Position numbers and translations under genes: made by a program. The notes beneath the pieces are model-generated. The model did not search any database and was not told the DNA's origin. It worked only from the letters and a program-made list of their open reading frames with translations. 57,808 bases of DNA, taken from NCBI GenBank assembly GCA_000320545.1, contig ADNK01002057.1, positions 1 to 57,808 of the forward strand. The letters are read 5' to 3'. Positions 42,407 to 54,588 of this stretch are shown here, in pieces; position 1 is the first letter of the stretch, and each line of letters begins with the position of its first letter. This stretch comes from Bigelowiella natans CCMP2755. Taxonomy: Eukaryota; Protista; Cercozoa.

Positions 42407-43324
42407 CTAATCCTCTTTGGCATTTACTCCATTTGCGTTATCAATTTCGGGTTGCCTCATATCGCTGTCCGATCCTTCCAGGTAAACTGCGCTTGCATTC
42501 CAGAGTGAGGACGCCATCGTAAATAATATCATAGCCAGATGTGCTTTGTACCCTCCGATAGCCACTAGAGCGGCAATCGAGCAGGTCACGATGGTATAAA
42601 TAAGTTGTATCAACATAAACATAAGTTCTGAGCGAATATCGTCCGGGGACATCCTCTCCTTCTCAGAGAACACCCTCATCCTTCTGGCCAGACTCACAAT
42701 TAAAGCATTGATAGCATTGTCGTGATCAGACGCAATCCATCTGAAGGAAGAGGCGTATCCCTTGTTTCTCTTCATATAATTGGCCAGAAGTACATTCGTG
42801 ATCATAAAGTATGCCAGCTGCCAACCCAAGTAGGTGACCAATACGAGTACCAAATCAGTACTCAGGTCAAATTTACCCGCAAAGGAGGCAGAGGTCTCAT
42901 CAAAAGGATACCAGGCAGTAGCATAAGTTACTAGCATTGGCCAGACATGAACACCTACACTCAGAATTCTCTCAGGGTCGTGAAACGTCAGGCACTGATT
43001 CCAGATTGGTACTGCCAGCGCAACTGGACCATTTGCGTGGATGAAAAGGGCCGCGTGCGCCATGCGCGATAACTCGCCTTCTGGTATGAGCAGAGGTATT
43101 AAGGCACATGACAAATTCACCCAGTAACAGAAATCCAGAACAAAAAGATGCCAGCCTTTTGTGTAGTACGAGATCGCCTTTTCGAATACAGTGAAGACGG
43201 CTAAAAAAACGCATAGTCGCCCGAACATTTCAGGTCGATGTGTCATGAGCTGGAAGAGGGCCGAGAGGGCCATCACCCCAATAACGAACAAGGCCCGCGG
43301 GCCTGTGGTACTTTTCTGCGTCAT
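42407..43324 (-). CDS. GPC1: Glycerophosphocholine acyltransferase (DUF2838/GPCAT family), intronless, multi-pass membrane
   Basis: YYTKGWHLFVLDFCYWVN, NGPVALAVPIWNQCLTFH..ILSVGVHVWP, YLGWQLAYF, YASSFRW, QLIYT, SLWNA. 305 aa. Confidence 0.85.
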   Translation of the reverse strand: MTQKSTTGPRALFVIGVMALSALFQLMTHRPEMFGRLCVFLAVFTVFEKAISYYTKGWHLFVLDFCYWVNLSCALIPLLIPEGELSRMAHAALFIHANGPVALAVPIWNQCLTFHDPERILSVGVHVWPMLVTYATAWYPFDETSASFAGKFDLSTDLVLVLVTYLGWQLAYFMITNVLLANYMKRNKGYASSFRWIASDHDNAINALIVSLARRMRVFSEKERMSPDDIRSELMFMLIQLIYTIVTCSIAALVAIGGYKAHLAMILFTMASSLWNASAVYLEGSDSDMRQPEIDNANGVNAKED

Positions 43325-44131
43325 TACTCGAGCAGTTGTCGAGATGTGTTGAGTAGACTAGAAAATGTTTGTTATTTCATGCCAAAACTAGGATCCGACA
43401 CGGAATCAGCGAGCCAAAACTGAAAAAGCGGTCTGCGTATGTTCGATTGCTTTTGTCGTTGAAGTTAGGATGTCTCTCGGATAGGAAAAAGACTACCGAT
43501 CTTTGTGTAATGGGGGTATCCAACCTGCACAATTACCTGAGACAACTATTTCCAAGCAGCAGAGGAAGGTTCAGGTCCTTTATTGTTCCATATGTGTCAA
43601 AATGATTGACGGTAATAGAAATCGGATACCAATTTTTCCCGGTAGTAATCTATTCAAGTATACTTAATCTGAATCGGTGCATCATACTCGAACAGTCCGC
43701 CCCCGTGGGCTGCATGCCTGCACGCTTACGGAGACAGCAGGCGGCAAATGACACCGTGTCGCTTTTCCGGTGTAGCTGGGAAGAGGCACGAGCATTCCTA
43801 CCTTCGTAGTTTTCGGACAATCCTCTCAAATGAAGAAAGAGAAAAAAAGGTCAAAGCGGGGGTTTCGAGTGAAGGAAAACGCCGTTTCCGGTTCGTTACG
43901 CAGACGGTAGGTGTCCCTTACGTGCCCCTCAACAATAAAATCGTTGTAATATAAAGGATGAATCTACGCATGCATCTGTAGCACCAACTAACGAATATTA
44001 AATATTGTATCTAAAACCAATACTGATGCACTCCTCACGAATTTAGCAACTGGAGGCTTTGCAATGGAAATTGGAAATTAAGTCAGAATTAATGCTTACA
44101 CCCCAACACATCAAATTCAACTGAAAGAACT

Positions 44132-46021
44132 ATGTCAGAACTAATAAATGTTTGTTTCATATGCAGAGATCAAGCTGCTCATCTCCGAAGAACATTTGAT
44201 ATGCTGTTCGGCAACCAGCAACAACAATACCCAAACCATCCTGATCCCAGCATCATTTTCAGACAGAACGAATTCCTTGAACCCTACTTGGAGTTAGACA
44301 AAATTCAATCACGAAGAAATTCGTCGTCATCGTCCTCGTCATCGTTGTCATCGCCATTCAGCAATCTTCCAGGATATCTGTTGCTTCGGGTCTTCAGCTT
44401 TCTTGATGAGCTTAGCCTGCGCTGTGTAACTGGGGTCTCCAAAAGGTGTTACGCAATTGCACTGAAAGATGTTCTTTGGAAACCGCTTCTGGCATCAAAA
44501 TTTGAGATTCCAAATCTGGAGCATGGTATTGCATTGGAACACGAATTCTCCAGGTCATTAAACGTAGTTTTTTTAATAATCAATGTCGATTTTACAAGGG
44601 ACTGGTATTTCATGAATTTGCTGTTTATAACTATTGTAATGCTCAGGTTCAAGCAACATCTCGAACAGATTGAACGAAAACGTAGAAAAGAAAGTTTCCT
44701 GGACAGCAGCATCGATGTTTGCTATCCTATCTACTATCGACTATTTTTTTTAGGCCGATTCGGTAAGAGACTTTAAACTGAACGCAGTTTATCTATTCCA
44801 CAACTAAGTCGCTAACGGTTTGTCTTGATTCTTCCTGTTTGTGGTTATGCAAATCAGCTTACATTCTAGTCCTGGCGACCATTCCGCTAAGCTTTATGCT
44901 TCTAGCATTAGCTTTAGATTCGCACCTGAGTTGTGGCACGTCCTTCTATTGCGCTTGGGCTCCATTGGCAGTAAGTACTTGGACCATGTCGCTTTTCATA
45001 TTCCACGCATTTTTCAATCAATGCGCCAGTGGTTTTTACGTTGGTGGCAATGGATCTTTCACGGGCTATAATAGCAATCCAAGAGTGCCTTCAGCCTGTT
45101 TCGGCTTCTCAACGTCTCAAAAAATTCTTTCTCTAGAGATACTTCTTCTCCGCGACTACGGCTGGCTATGCCTGCGTTTTACCCTCGCTGGCCTCCAGTT
45201 TCTCTTCCTATTACTTCTTGAAATATCTAGTATGGCTCGAGCTTGAATAGATACCAATAATTAGCATCATGGTGATATGAATAATAGTAATGTTCAACTA
45301 TGAGTTACCACAATCTCAATTACACTCACATTGTTCCGAGGACACGATTCGTCTCCTTTATAGAAATTGGGGATCGAAGTAGATACTAATCATTTGCGTT
45401 CCGCGATAATGATCGCAGAATAATCAACACGCGGAATAGAATCATAAGCTTTCTTTCTAGTAGGCCCACTAATATAATAAAAAGAACTAATAAATGCTAT
45501 GATAATGACCAGGTGCCCCAGCCTTGGTTGCCCTACCAACCATTTTGAACGGAGCGCATATGATGGTATATTCTGCGTGGAGACTGATCCTCCCCTTCTT
45601 CTACGATGCTGAATCCATGGAGCGTAAGGTCCTGGCAAAGATAAACCGGCGTCTTGGCGCGTTGATTGCCTCATTTGTTATCGGACTGGGAGTACTATCC
45701 ACAGCTATCCTCCTCGCTGTTCGAGCGAGTGGATCACACCAATTTAGTTACTCGGCTGCTTTCGCACCCGCAACTACATTAATTGGCTGTGTGATAGCAA
45801 CGTCCATTCTGTTATCTTTCCCCTATCACCGACAAAGGTCGAAGCTCATGTATCTCTTCTTCATCTCGTTTGTCTACACGATGGTCTTGCTTGGACTAGA
45901 ACTCGACGGTATAACATCATTGTCATTCGTTGTGGTATTCACTCCTATTTCGGGTTTATTCGCATTCTACGCATTTTGCATAGGCGTAAGAATACTGCGT
46001 GCCACCGCTCTATTGAGATAA
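44132..46021 (+). CDS. F-box protein with C-terminal multi-pass TMEM185/FAM11-like membrane region (spliced; start uncertain)
   Basis: F-box FSNLPGYLLLRVFSFLDELSLRCVTGVSKRCYAIALKDVLWKPL. Repeated transmembrane hairpins LALALD..SFYCAWAPL, LAVRASG..FSYSAAFAP and LGLELDGITSLSFVVVFTPI. Stop TAA at 46019-46021. Confidence 0.7.
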
Positions 46022-46300
46022 AACTTAATTAAAGCAACTGTAACAACTAACATTCCCATCATCAGTCCATAATTTGTCTGATTGCAGCTAGCAGTAGATA
46101 TGGTCAATAAGATGGTGTTGTTGCCAGCATATTTTGGGCTACATATGAAATGTTAGGATATCAATATGCATTGCGATGACCATAGCATCACATCTATGAG
46201 ACTGGCCAGTAGTCGCTAGCTAATCTAGGTAATGTCTAGATGTCTATGACACTAGCCTGCTGCTATGCGTCATCTTATGATGTCTGTGCTGAGTGCGTAT

Positions 46301-46370
<70 letters not shown>

Positions 46371-46371
<1 letters not shown>

Positions 46372-47890
46372 TGAGACGGATGTAATGAAAGATTTAAATT
46401 TTTTCAATGGTCATGTATATGAGACGGATGTAATGAAATGTTTATATTAAATTTTTTCAATGGTCATCCTGATGTAGCTGTGCAATGCAGCGGCTACAGC
46501 GCTTAAATTGTATCTGTTTGTTTCCTTGGTCACATGGCGCATGCATGAAAATGCATCATGTTTTGGTCTAGCATGTCGCGCTTTGCGCGCAGCCTCTCGA
46601 CTTGTTTTTTCTGCGGTTGTGAGGCGCGTGGTCTCATCATTGCGATCCATGATCGCCGTCAGTTGTTTGTTGATTCTGAGTCTCTGTGGTCCGCATTTGC
46701 TGCATTGCAGAATGTGGTCCATGTCTTGCAGTGTGCTGCATGTGTCGCACATTGCTTCCAATTTTGTGCGTTGTCCTCTGGACAGCAGAAATGTTCCAAT
46801 GTTGCCAACACCACAAATGGCGCGCATCCATGATGTGGCAATGCTTGGTAGCTTCAATGCAATTCCTGTTGTCCGAGAGCCAGCTAGCCAGGCATGAAGT
46901 CAAGTTTTTTCAAATGCATGGCCTTGGTTCCCTCTTTGCTCCAACGTGTTTTGAAGTTGGACACCGCGTTCCGCATGATCGTTTTGTTGTGTGCATTCAA
47001 TTTCCTTTTCAGTGTCTTGTTAGTAGCACGTGTTGTGGGGTGTTCCGCTCCAAGCAACATGGTCGTGATCAAACTGAGTCGGCGGTACATGCAAGGACAC
47101 TCTGTTCCACGACCTAGTTGTGTCATGCCATTTGTGTTTGCCAGCAAGGATTCAATGTGGTATCCGAAAGAGCTCCAATTGAGCACTTCTTCTTCCACCA
47201 CGTGTCCGTTGCCATCAACATCCTCCACCCATGCATTGGTTCGTAACCATGTCTTGGCACATTGAACTTGTGTGCGAAAACGTGGTGGTAATGTTCCCGC
47301 TAGTACATGGGGTGTGTCGTTGGAAACAGATCCTGGTAATCCCAGCACTCTTTTGAGTGTTTGTGATTCCATGGAATCTAGCTGCTTCACTTTGAGGTTT
47401 TTCTTGGTGTCCTCCATGTGGGTGCGACATGTCTGCTTGTGGCTGTGAACCACGTGTTGCAAAACTTCAATCTCACATTGAATGGCATGTGAGATCGTGT
47501 GGAGCACAGCCTGAGTAAGAATCTTCTCTTTTTCTGGAGCTTCAGATTTACAACAAGGGCGTGTTTTTCGAAAGTTGATCTTTCGTCAAACCACAGCCCC
47601 AAACATTTGCCACATTCTTTTCTTTTCATTTTTCCTTGTAGGTTGAGTGTTGTGTTCCACAAGGCTTGTTTTTTGTGTGCATCGTTCCTCCTGTCCATGA
47701 GGAGGTGTCCACTCTTTTCCCCATTGAATCTCATTCGCCACTTCATGCACCAGGTTGTCACATTTGTTAGATCTTTTTGCAGCCTGGTTTGCATTTCCCC
47801 CCAACGGGATGGCGCAAATAGTTCATGTGGGGTGACATCGTCGCAATGCATCTGGTAGTCAGCAAATTTGATGTGCTCGTACATGTCGTA
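46371..47890 (-). mobile_element. 5'-truncated, frameshifted non-LTR retrotransposon (LINE): RT C-terminal half plus CCHC zinc knuckle and (TA)n tail
   Basis: HCDDV (YxDD-derived), LQKDL..V..WC.KWRMRFN.EKS, KCLGLWFD (KYLG-derived), LKRVLGLPGSVSN, CDTC..QDMDHILQCSKC. The 3' UTR ...CATTACATCCGTCTC is tandemly duplicated and is followed by (TA)n and (TG)n at 46302-46370. Confidence 0.88.
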
Positions 47891-47929
47891 GCAGGTGATG
47901 AACAAATAGCAGCTAAGCGAGGACAATGG

Positions 47930-48125
47930 TCATGTGCACATGTGTGCATGCATGGATGTACACATGAGACGGATGTAATGAAATGTTTAAATGTACATAC
48001 ATGTGCACATGTGCATGCAACTTGAGCGCTGTAGCCGTTGCATTGCACTGGTGCACAGCTACATTAGCTAGTTAGGATGACAATTGAAAAAATTTAAACA
48101 TTTCATCATTGCATCCGTCTTGCAT
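47930..48125. mobile_element. Two further LINE 3'-end fragments in opposite orientations
   Basis: GAGACGGATGTAATGAAATGTTTAAA at ~47966-47991 (minus strand) and CAACTTGAGCGCTGTAGCCG...TGCATCCGTCT at ~48018-48120 (plus strand). Confidence 0.8.
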
Positions 48126-48791
48126 AAGCATGCATGTGATGCACTGTGTCTGTGCTAGATATCTAAGCTATGTGGTGTGCGCACGGCACACATGCACTGT
48201 AGGCACTACTCTAGTAGTACTGACTAGCTAGCTAGCAGCGTAGGACACAGCGTCATTGGCGCTGGTGCTAAGCTAGTAAGTGCAATCACATCATGACACA
48301 GGGTCGTGATGCACTCATCTAGTCATGTGGCTACTACTGCTATTGCAGACAGAGCGGGGATTATAGAGGATGTTAAGCAGGCTGAGCTGCTAGCTACAAC
48401 CAGGACTGTCTAGACTGCACAAATTGTCTAGACGCCACAACAGGAACAAACAAGCACAACAATTTAAGCGCGTAGCCGCCGCTGCTTTGCATAGCTTAGA
48501 TAGCTAAATAGCTACATTAGCTAGTGATAATGATTGTTGTTTGTAATGTTGAGAGCGCGTTCATGAAATACCAACTAGTAATTCTCCTTAATTTTTATTA
48601 AAAATTAGGGAGACTTGATAGCAAATGATTCCATGAATTACGTTCCATCATAATCGTCTTCCTCAAGCTTAGAGATGAAATACACTCTGCTGTGCATCTG
48701 CACACTCCGCAATGCTCTCGATACGACTTAAATGGCAGGCGTAGTACTCTAACGGATACCCGTATTATAACTCACATTAACCATGTTCAGC

Positions 48792-50113
48792 TCACTTATC
48801 GCCGTAGGTGCAAAGTATACCGAATTTGGAACCTTTGGCAGAAACTGTGCCTGAGGGAATAGAAAGGATAAATTTAATATTGTGGAGATTTGGATGGTCT
48901 GTAGAGATTAATGTTCGTACTGGTAAGCTGGAGTTTCGATGACATGTCTGGAATAGCGTATTCCATGACAGCTCCATAACTGACAGCGCTTTCGAAATCC
49001 TTTTCTCCCTTGGAAAGGCTCAATTCAGTTTTTCCTTGGAGGAGCGTGATGTCGTTGAACTGGTGTTGGACTCCAATACCAATATCGGCGTTCTTCTTCG
49101 CATCCTTCTCAGAGAATTTTCCCTGAGCTCCAAAAGAGGTTTTTTTGGAGCAGCTGTAGAGGAAGCCGGTGGTTAAATCCTTAAGTTGGCTTGAGTAGAT
49201 TCCGAAATTAAGGGCGCCACTTGCGACGTTGGTTCCCAGTCCCCATTTTTTGAGACCAGAATCCTTTTCAGCAGAGAAGTCCATTCCGACAGAGACTCCT
49301 TTCGCGACACCAGCAGAAAGAGCTCCCTCCAAGCATATCTGGTAGAGAAATAATACATGTTAGCGTTTCTTGAAACCGTGGATCAGTGTTTTAGGACCTT
49401 CTTCTGTTCCTTCAGATCGAAGAGCTTATCAGCAGAGCTTGTTGTCAGGAAAACCTTGGCAGACGTAGTTACTGCATCCTGATCAAGGTGCAAGACATCA
49501 TATGGGTCTCGTTCGTGGACAGCATCACTAATTAAAGTTTACCTTCTTGTAAGCAGCCTCCAGTCCAAGCTCAGATCCCAACTTTTTGCTCGCAAGGTGA
49601 GTTGGAATAGCAGCGATGTTTCCAGTGACAGTCAAACCTGCATTCAATTAGCGATTGTTGAATTTCAAATCGAACAGTACTATTACTCCCGACATACCAT
49701 CAGCGAGAGAGGTCGTTTCCAACTTCGATGTAAACTTGCTCTGTGTATCGAGCACAACTTCCAATTTCGATGCTGCAGGCTTGCAGTTGTAGGTGATCTT
49801 CACGGATCCATCAGATCCAGAAGACTTAACCTCAGGATAGTTGCTCATAATCGTAGTCTCGATGTCCTAATAAATGCACGATACTCACGTCACACCGTTA
49901 TTGGAATTCACTCTAGCCGCCTTATATTACCATGCCTGCTCCATCGCTAGTCTTGACCACAAGATCATTGGAGTTGATCTTTTTGTACTTCTTGCCAAGA
50001 AGATCTGCCAGTCAAAGTCTTATTACTCACGCTCGCACGACGAATAGTTACTTCTTGTACGTACCCTTGAATTTCTTAATGTAATCCCCAACTTTAACTG
50101 GAACGAATGACAT
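48792..50113 (-). CDS. VDAC: Mitochondrial outer-membrane porin (VDAC family), spliced
   Basis: MSFVPVKVGDYIKKFK|DLLGKKY (N-terminal helix), then amphipathic beta strands, GIGVQHQFNDITLLQGK and a C-terminal beta signal SKFGILCTYGDK* (TGA at 48792). Confidence 0.75.
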
Positions 50114-50558
50114 GGTTTCTACGTGATTGCATCAAACTCAAATCACATCCGTTATGGAAAATTTTTGGGCAGTTGCTATTTCTATCGTCTTGAAGGAGGT
50201 TATTAAAGAGAAGGGGGGCGGCACACACCGTAAGAAGAGACTGTGGAAGTTGTGTTCAGAGCACTCTGGCAGGGAAAAAAAAAGTCATATTTCCCTTTTT
50301 ATATAATTCGATAAAATAAAACTGATTTTATACCTAAACGGCATTGGAAATAATATATCATGCAAACTTTTTATCCACACTAGATCTGAATGCTCCAGAC
50401 CGCGCAGTGCGTAAAGCCGTACAAATCCCGGTATTCGTAAATTAAAAACGGTGGAGATTCTCTGAGTGAGGTTTCTGTCATATCGGAGAAATCTCTGTGG
50501 CCCCCCTTTCTGTCGGAATCCTCCCCTCTCGGAACACAATCAATCAGTGCGCACGCCG
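50114..50558. promoter_or_regulatory. Putative bidirectional promoter between VDAC and HDHD5
   Basis: About 445 bp between the divergent ATGs of two genes for predicted mitochondrial proteins. Confidence 0.4.
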
Positions 50559-52808
50559 ATGCTCAAAGTTGCTCGATGCAATGTAGCCGGTAGCTCTACA
50601 TCATGCGAACCCGCCCTGGGGGAAACGCAGAGTGCTCCCTCCTTGACCTGGTCATCATCCATTGACTTAGACAGAACATATTTAGGAGCGCGGTTACTTC
50701 GCATGCAGACCCAGCGTGGAATGGCTTCATCGACATTTGCCATCGCCTTCGACGTTGATGGCGTACTTTTGAAGGGGTTTGTACAGCTTGATTGTATTCA
50801 ATATGAATATTCCTTTGCTAATCATAGCTCCCGAGGCGACTTGCGTCATTCCTCATCCCTTTCAACTGCCCCCCTCCCTCACATTTCAAAGAAACGAGCC
50901 TGTGCCTGGAGCAAGGAACGTACTCAGCTACCTTTCCGAAAATAAGGTAAGCATCAATCTACTGAATGATGGTATCGAAGAGAAGTTTACAGTGTGCGCG
51001 TAACACGATCACAAATCCATATTCCACAGATACCGCACGTATTCATGACGAATGGGGGAGGCTCGACAGAAAATATCAAGGTAGCGCAGGCCATCAATGA
51101 CAAATCAAAGCGAGTTTATGATGTAAGCTGTTGCTTTACGGTGTATCATTCTAATTTTTACAGGCGCAATCAATGTCTGAGCGGCTGGATGTTCGAATAG
51201 AGGAGTCCCAAATAGTCCTCGGTAGAACATCGTCAACTCGTTTGCGATTATTTAACGCTCTTAGGATACTTGATGCGGCGTGTTTGTTTGTGATCATAAA
51301 CAGGACATACACCTATGCGCAGTCTAAGACAAAAGCATTCGGATGGTAGCCATTAGCTTTAGAACCAATGTCAAGCGTCAGGTTTTTAACAGCAAACAGT
51401 CTTCAAATATTTATTTCCTCTTTTCTACTCCACCCCTCTCTCTTCCTCCCTGCTACCATCCTCTGGTAGATTCTGTTCTGGTTGTAGGCAAGCATTACGA
51501 AAAACTATCGCCCATATTGCACGAATATGGCATCAAGAACACGATAACAACAGAGTAGTAAACAGATTCAAGCTTTTGACAAAACAGATGAATATTTTCT
51601 GAAGTTTTACGATTTTGTTACTGTTTTGTTAATACATTGTCTCGCACTAATGACCTGCTCTGATTTACACGACTTATTATTATTTCAATTATTATCATCA
51701 TCATTATTATCAATGGTGTCTGCACCTTGCCGCATAGACCTGATAGTGGGTATAACTCTACCAGGGAGTACCACCAGGCACGGCCAAACTCGTACTCAGA
51801 TTTAAAAGCGGAAGGGGGGGAGAGAATGGCGGAAGAGGTGGTTGCCTATGATCCTAAATTAGTCCGAGGGGATTAGGGACGGATGAAGAGGAGGAAGAAG
51901 AGGAAGAAATCAGTGTATCTATCGGCTCTTATTCATCCTCGTCTACATGATCCCATATTCAATGACTTAATCTTCGATCTAATCATTGCATGACTGGCCT
52001 TTATTTACGCGTTTGCTACTTCATCAGCCGGATATAAAAGGAATACAAGCTATTTTCTGCATGAACGACCCGCTCTACTGGGGTTAGGCACGCGAAAGAG
52101 GACAGGAGAAATAAGAAAAAGAGAAAGCGTGCTGCTATCATCACAAACGCCAATAGTTCTAAGATAAGTATATATAGAAGTGTGTGTGTGTGTGTGTGAG
52201 TGTGTGTATGTATCTTCCCATCCAGGGCGCGATCTGCAGATTATGTATGACGTCGTCGTAGATTCAGCCCATCAAGTTCCGGTAAACTTCTTTCCACGAA
52301 GTGATGATGCTAATACTTCTACTACTAGCAGTAACAATCATACAAATAGCACTAACTATACACCCTCTGAGCAGAAGTGGGTAGTATTTATGCTTCAGGA
52401 TCGGGGGTTGTGGATTCAATCCATTTCGTCATGTGCAACATCGAAATGATGATGAATCGTAGTTAGCATCCATGCTTTGTCAGTGACAGCAACGGTCAAT
52501 ACCGTTCTGATTTATACGGCTCACAGACGATAATGTGAGAATGACCATGATATTTCTTCCAGATATATTCGGCGTGTGCAGATTTGCTATACTCCTCAGA
52601 TTATCATCATCCTCGCTTTGGTCATGATGATAACGACGACGATGATGATGATGATCATGCTAGAATCCCCAAATATACATGTTATAGCGCATATTCTATA
52701 GTTTCTTCCAGCGCACCATTCTTTATGCATCACCTTCCCTCTATTGCTGGCATCTTCATCAGCACAGCCTGTTGGAGTGGTAGCAGCAGCGTCGATAATT
52801 TAACTTAG

Positions 52809-52852
<44 letters not shown>

Positions 52853-54037
52853 ACACACACATACAATTCACAGGCAACGGATCCTTCCGCCACGCGTTCA
52901 ATGCTCTCTACGAAGCCGTCCACGGTAAAGTATATATTAGCTGAATCTCCTGTTCATTCCTGCAAACAATCGTAACGGCTTGTTCTCCTCCCCGCGAATT
53001 GCAAGATATATCGTTTCATCAGCTACGCCATGGTGCTCCATCCCGTATCATCAAGCTCTAATTGTGATAAATCGTCTCTCAGGAGAGGAGTATAGCAATC
53101 AAGTTCTCTATGGCAAACCGAACAAGATCAGCTACGATTATGTGGAAGAGCTGGTTATAGTAGTAGTAGTAGTAGAAGAAGAAGAAGAAGAAGAAGAAGA
53201 AGAAGAAGCCGGAGGAGGAGGAGGAGGAGGAGGAAGCAGCGATGAGCTATGTTACGATATTATCCTTGTTTCTATTCGTGATATACGATTAGAAATCAGA
53301 GAAGGATTTCCATCTCACATGCTTGCTAATTCTTCCCTCAGCTCCTTCAGGATCAGCATCATCACATCGAGGCGATATACATGATTGGAGATAACCCAGA
53401 AACCGTGAGTTCGGCTCCGGAAAAAGAGGGAGGGAGGGAGAAGAAGATAAAGAGAGAGAGAAATGTCCAAGAGACTGTACCTCCAAGAATATGCTGTTGT
53501 AGATACACTAGAAGGGCGGGGGTTGGATGACGCCATTCAGCCCCTCTCAGATATTATTCCGTTTAATTATATGTGTCCTCTCTCTGATTCAACGATGGTG
53601 CCTCCCCCCACCCCCCCCAGGATATATTAGGAGCGCGCCTTGCGGGGGGGAAATGGCGGTCAATTCTAACCCTTTCAGGCTTATTCAACGGAGAGGGTAA
53701 TGGAGAGACAGCAATCATGACTCAAACATAGCTTGCAAGCGAAGCTCATGCACATACAGCATAGGGATGTTTGTCGTTGATGCCACAGACACGATACCAC
53801 ACACTCACACACACACACACACACATAAAGAGAGAGAGAGCAGCGACGATTTCAAACCTTTGAATTCGTAAAATGAAACCATTGATTTCTTTACCGTTCC
53901 ACTCTTCCATTGTAAAAGCTTACGTTGTTGTTGTCATTAATATTTGCATTGCCACAGGGGAGCATCATGCCGACGCCTTGGTGTCCGATGTAAACGAAGC
54001 TCTGGCATTCATCAAGTCGAGACATAAGCTACCTTGA
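50559..54037 (+). CDS. HDHD5: HAD-superfamily class IIA hydrolase, HDHD5/CECR5-like, probably mitochondrial
   Basis: FAIAFDVDGVLLKG (motif I), VFMTNGGG, QIVLGHTPM, NDPLYWGRDLQI, ACADLLY..PRFGNGSF, YGKP, YMIGDNPETDILGA, WRSILTLSG. Stop TGA at 54035-54037. Confidence 0.9.
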
Positions 54038-54154
54038 CGATACAACAGCATGTTTAATGTGCGTTTGCGTGTGTGATGAGAAGAATGGTTTCAGATATGC
54101 ATGTTTTTGGAACATGCGCAGAGGATTCCGAGGGATGCATGCATGCTAGCATGA

Positions 54155-54210
54155 TGGGACGGATGAATGAATGATTGTAATTTTCAATCGTTATAGTATC
54201 TTGATGTGTA
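54155..54210 (-). mobile_element. Highly degenerate LINE 3'-end fragment
   Basis: GGGACGGATGAATGAATG...ATTTTCAATCGTTAT...CTTGATGT resembles GAGACGGATGTAATGAAATG...TTTTTCAATGGTCATCCTGATGT at 46421-46475. Confidence 0.55.
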
Positions 54211-54588
54211 AATTTAGTAGCAGACATCATGGGAGGTACGTACATACAATTGTGCACATGTGCAAGCGCTCTTCATCACATTCTTTGTAATTATACATGC
54301 ATAGCGCTATGTCCACGATAGCGATGATGATGTCTGTATTCAAGTTTAAGACAAGATCATGCATGGCCAGCGCAATGAAGGTAAGATAGTCACAGTGCGC
54401 CATCGTGACGTACACGCACGCTGGTACATCATGCAAACAGCCGACGCTCAACGCAGTAGTCTGCGAACACTTGACATGTCTAGATGTAGCTGTGAGATGC
54501 TGCCCCGCGTAACAATTCAAGCAAGCGTTGGTGCTAACTTTAGAATCTTTCTTAGTAGAAACTGTAGCAATTAATTATTAACGGCATA

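Noticed and set aside
46371-47890. Classical RIP or methyl-CpG deamination as the cause of the TG/CA excess
   Set aside because: RIP would increase TpA, but TpA is nearly absent here. CpG remains frequent, and the diagnostic substitutions (Y->C, Y->H) arise from TA. A minor CpG contribution cannot be excluded.
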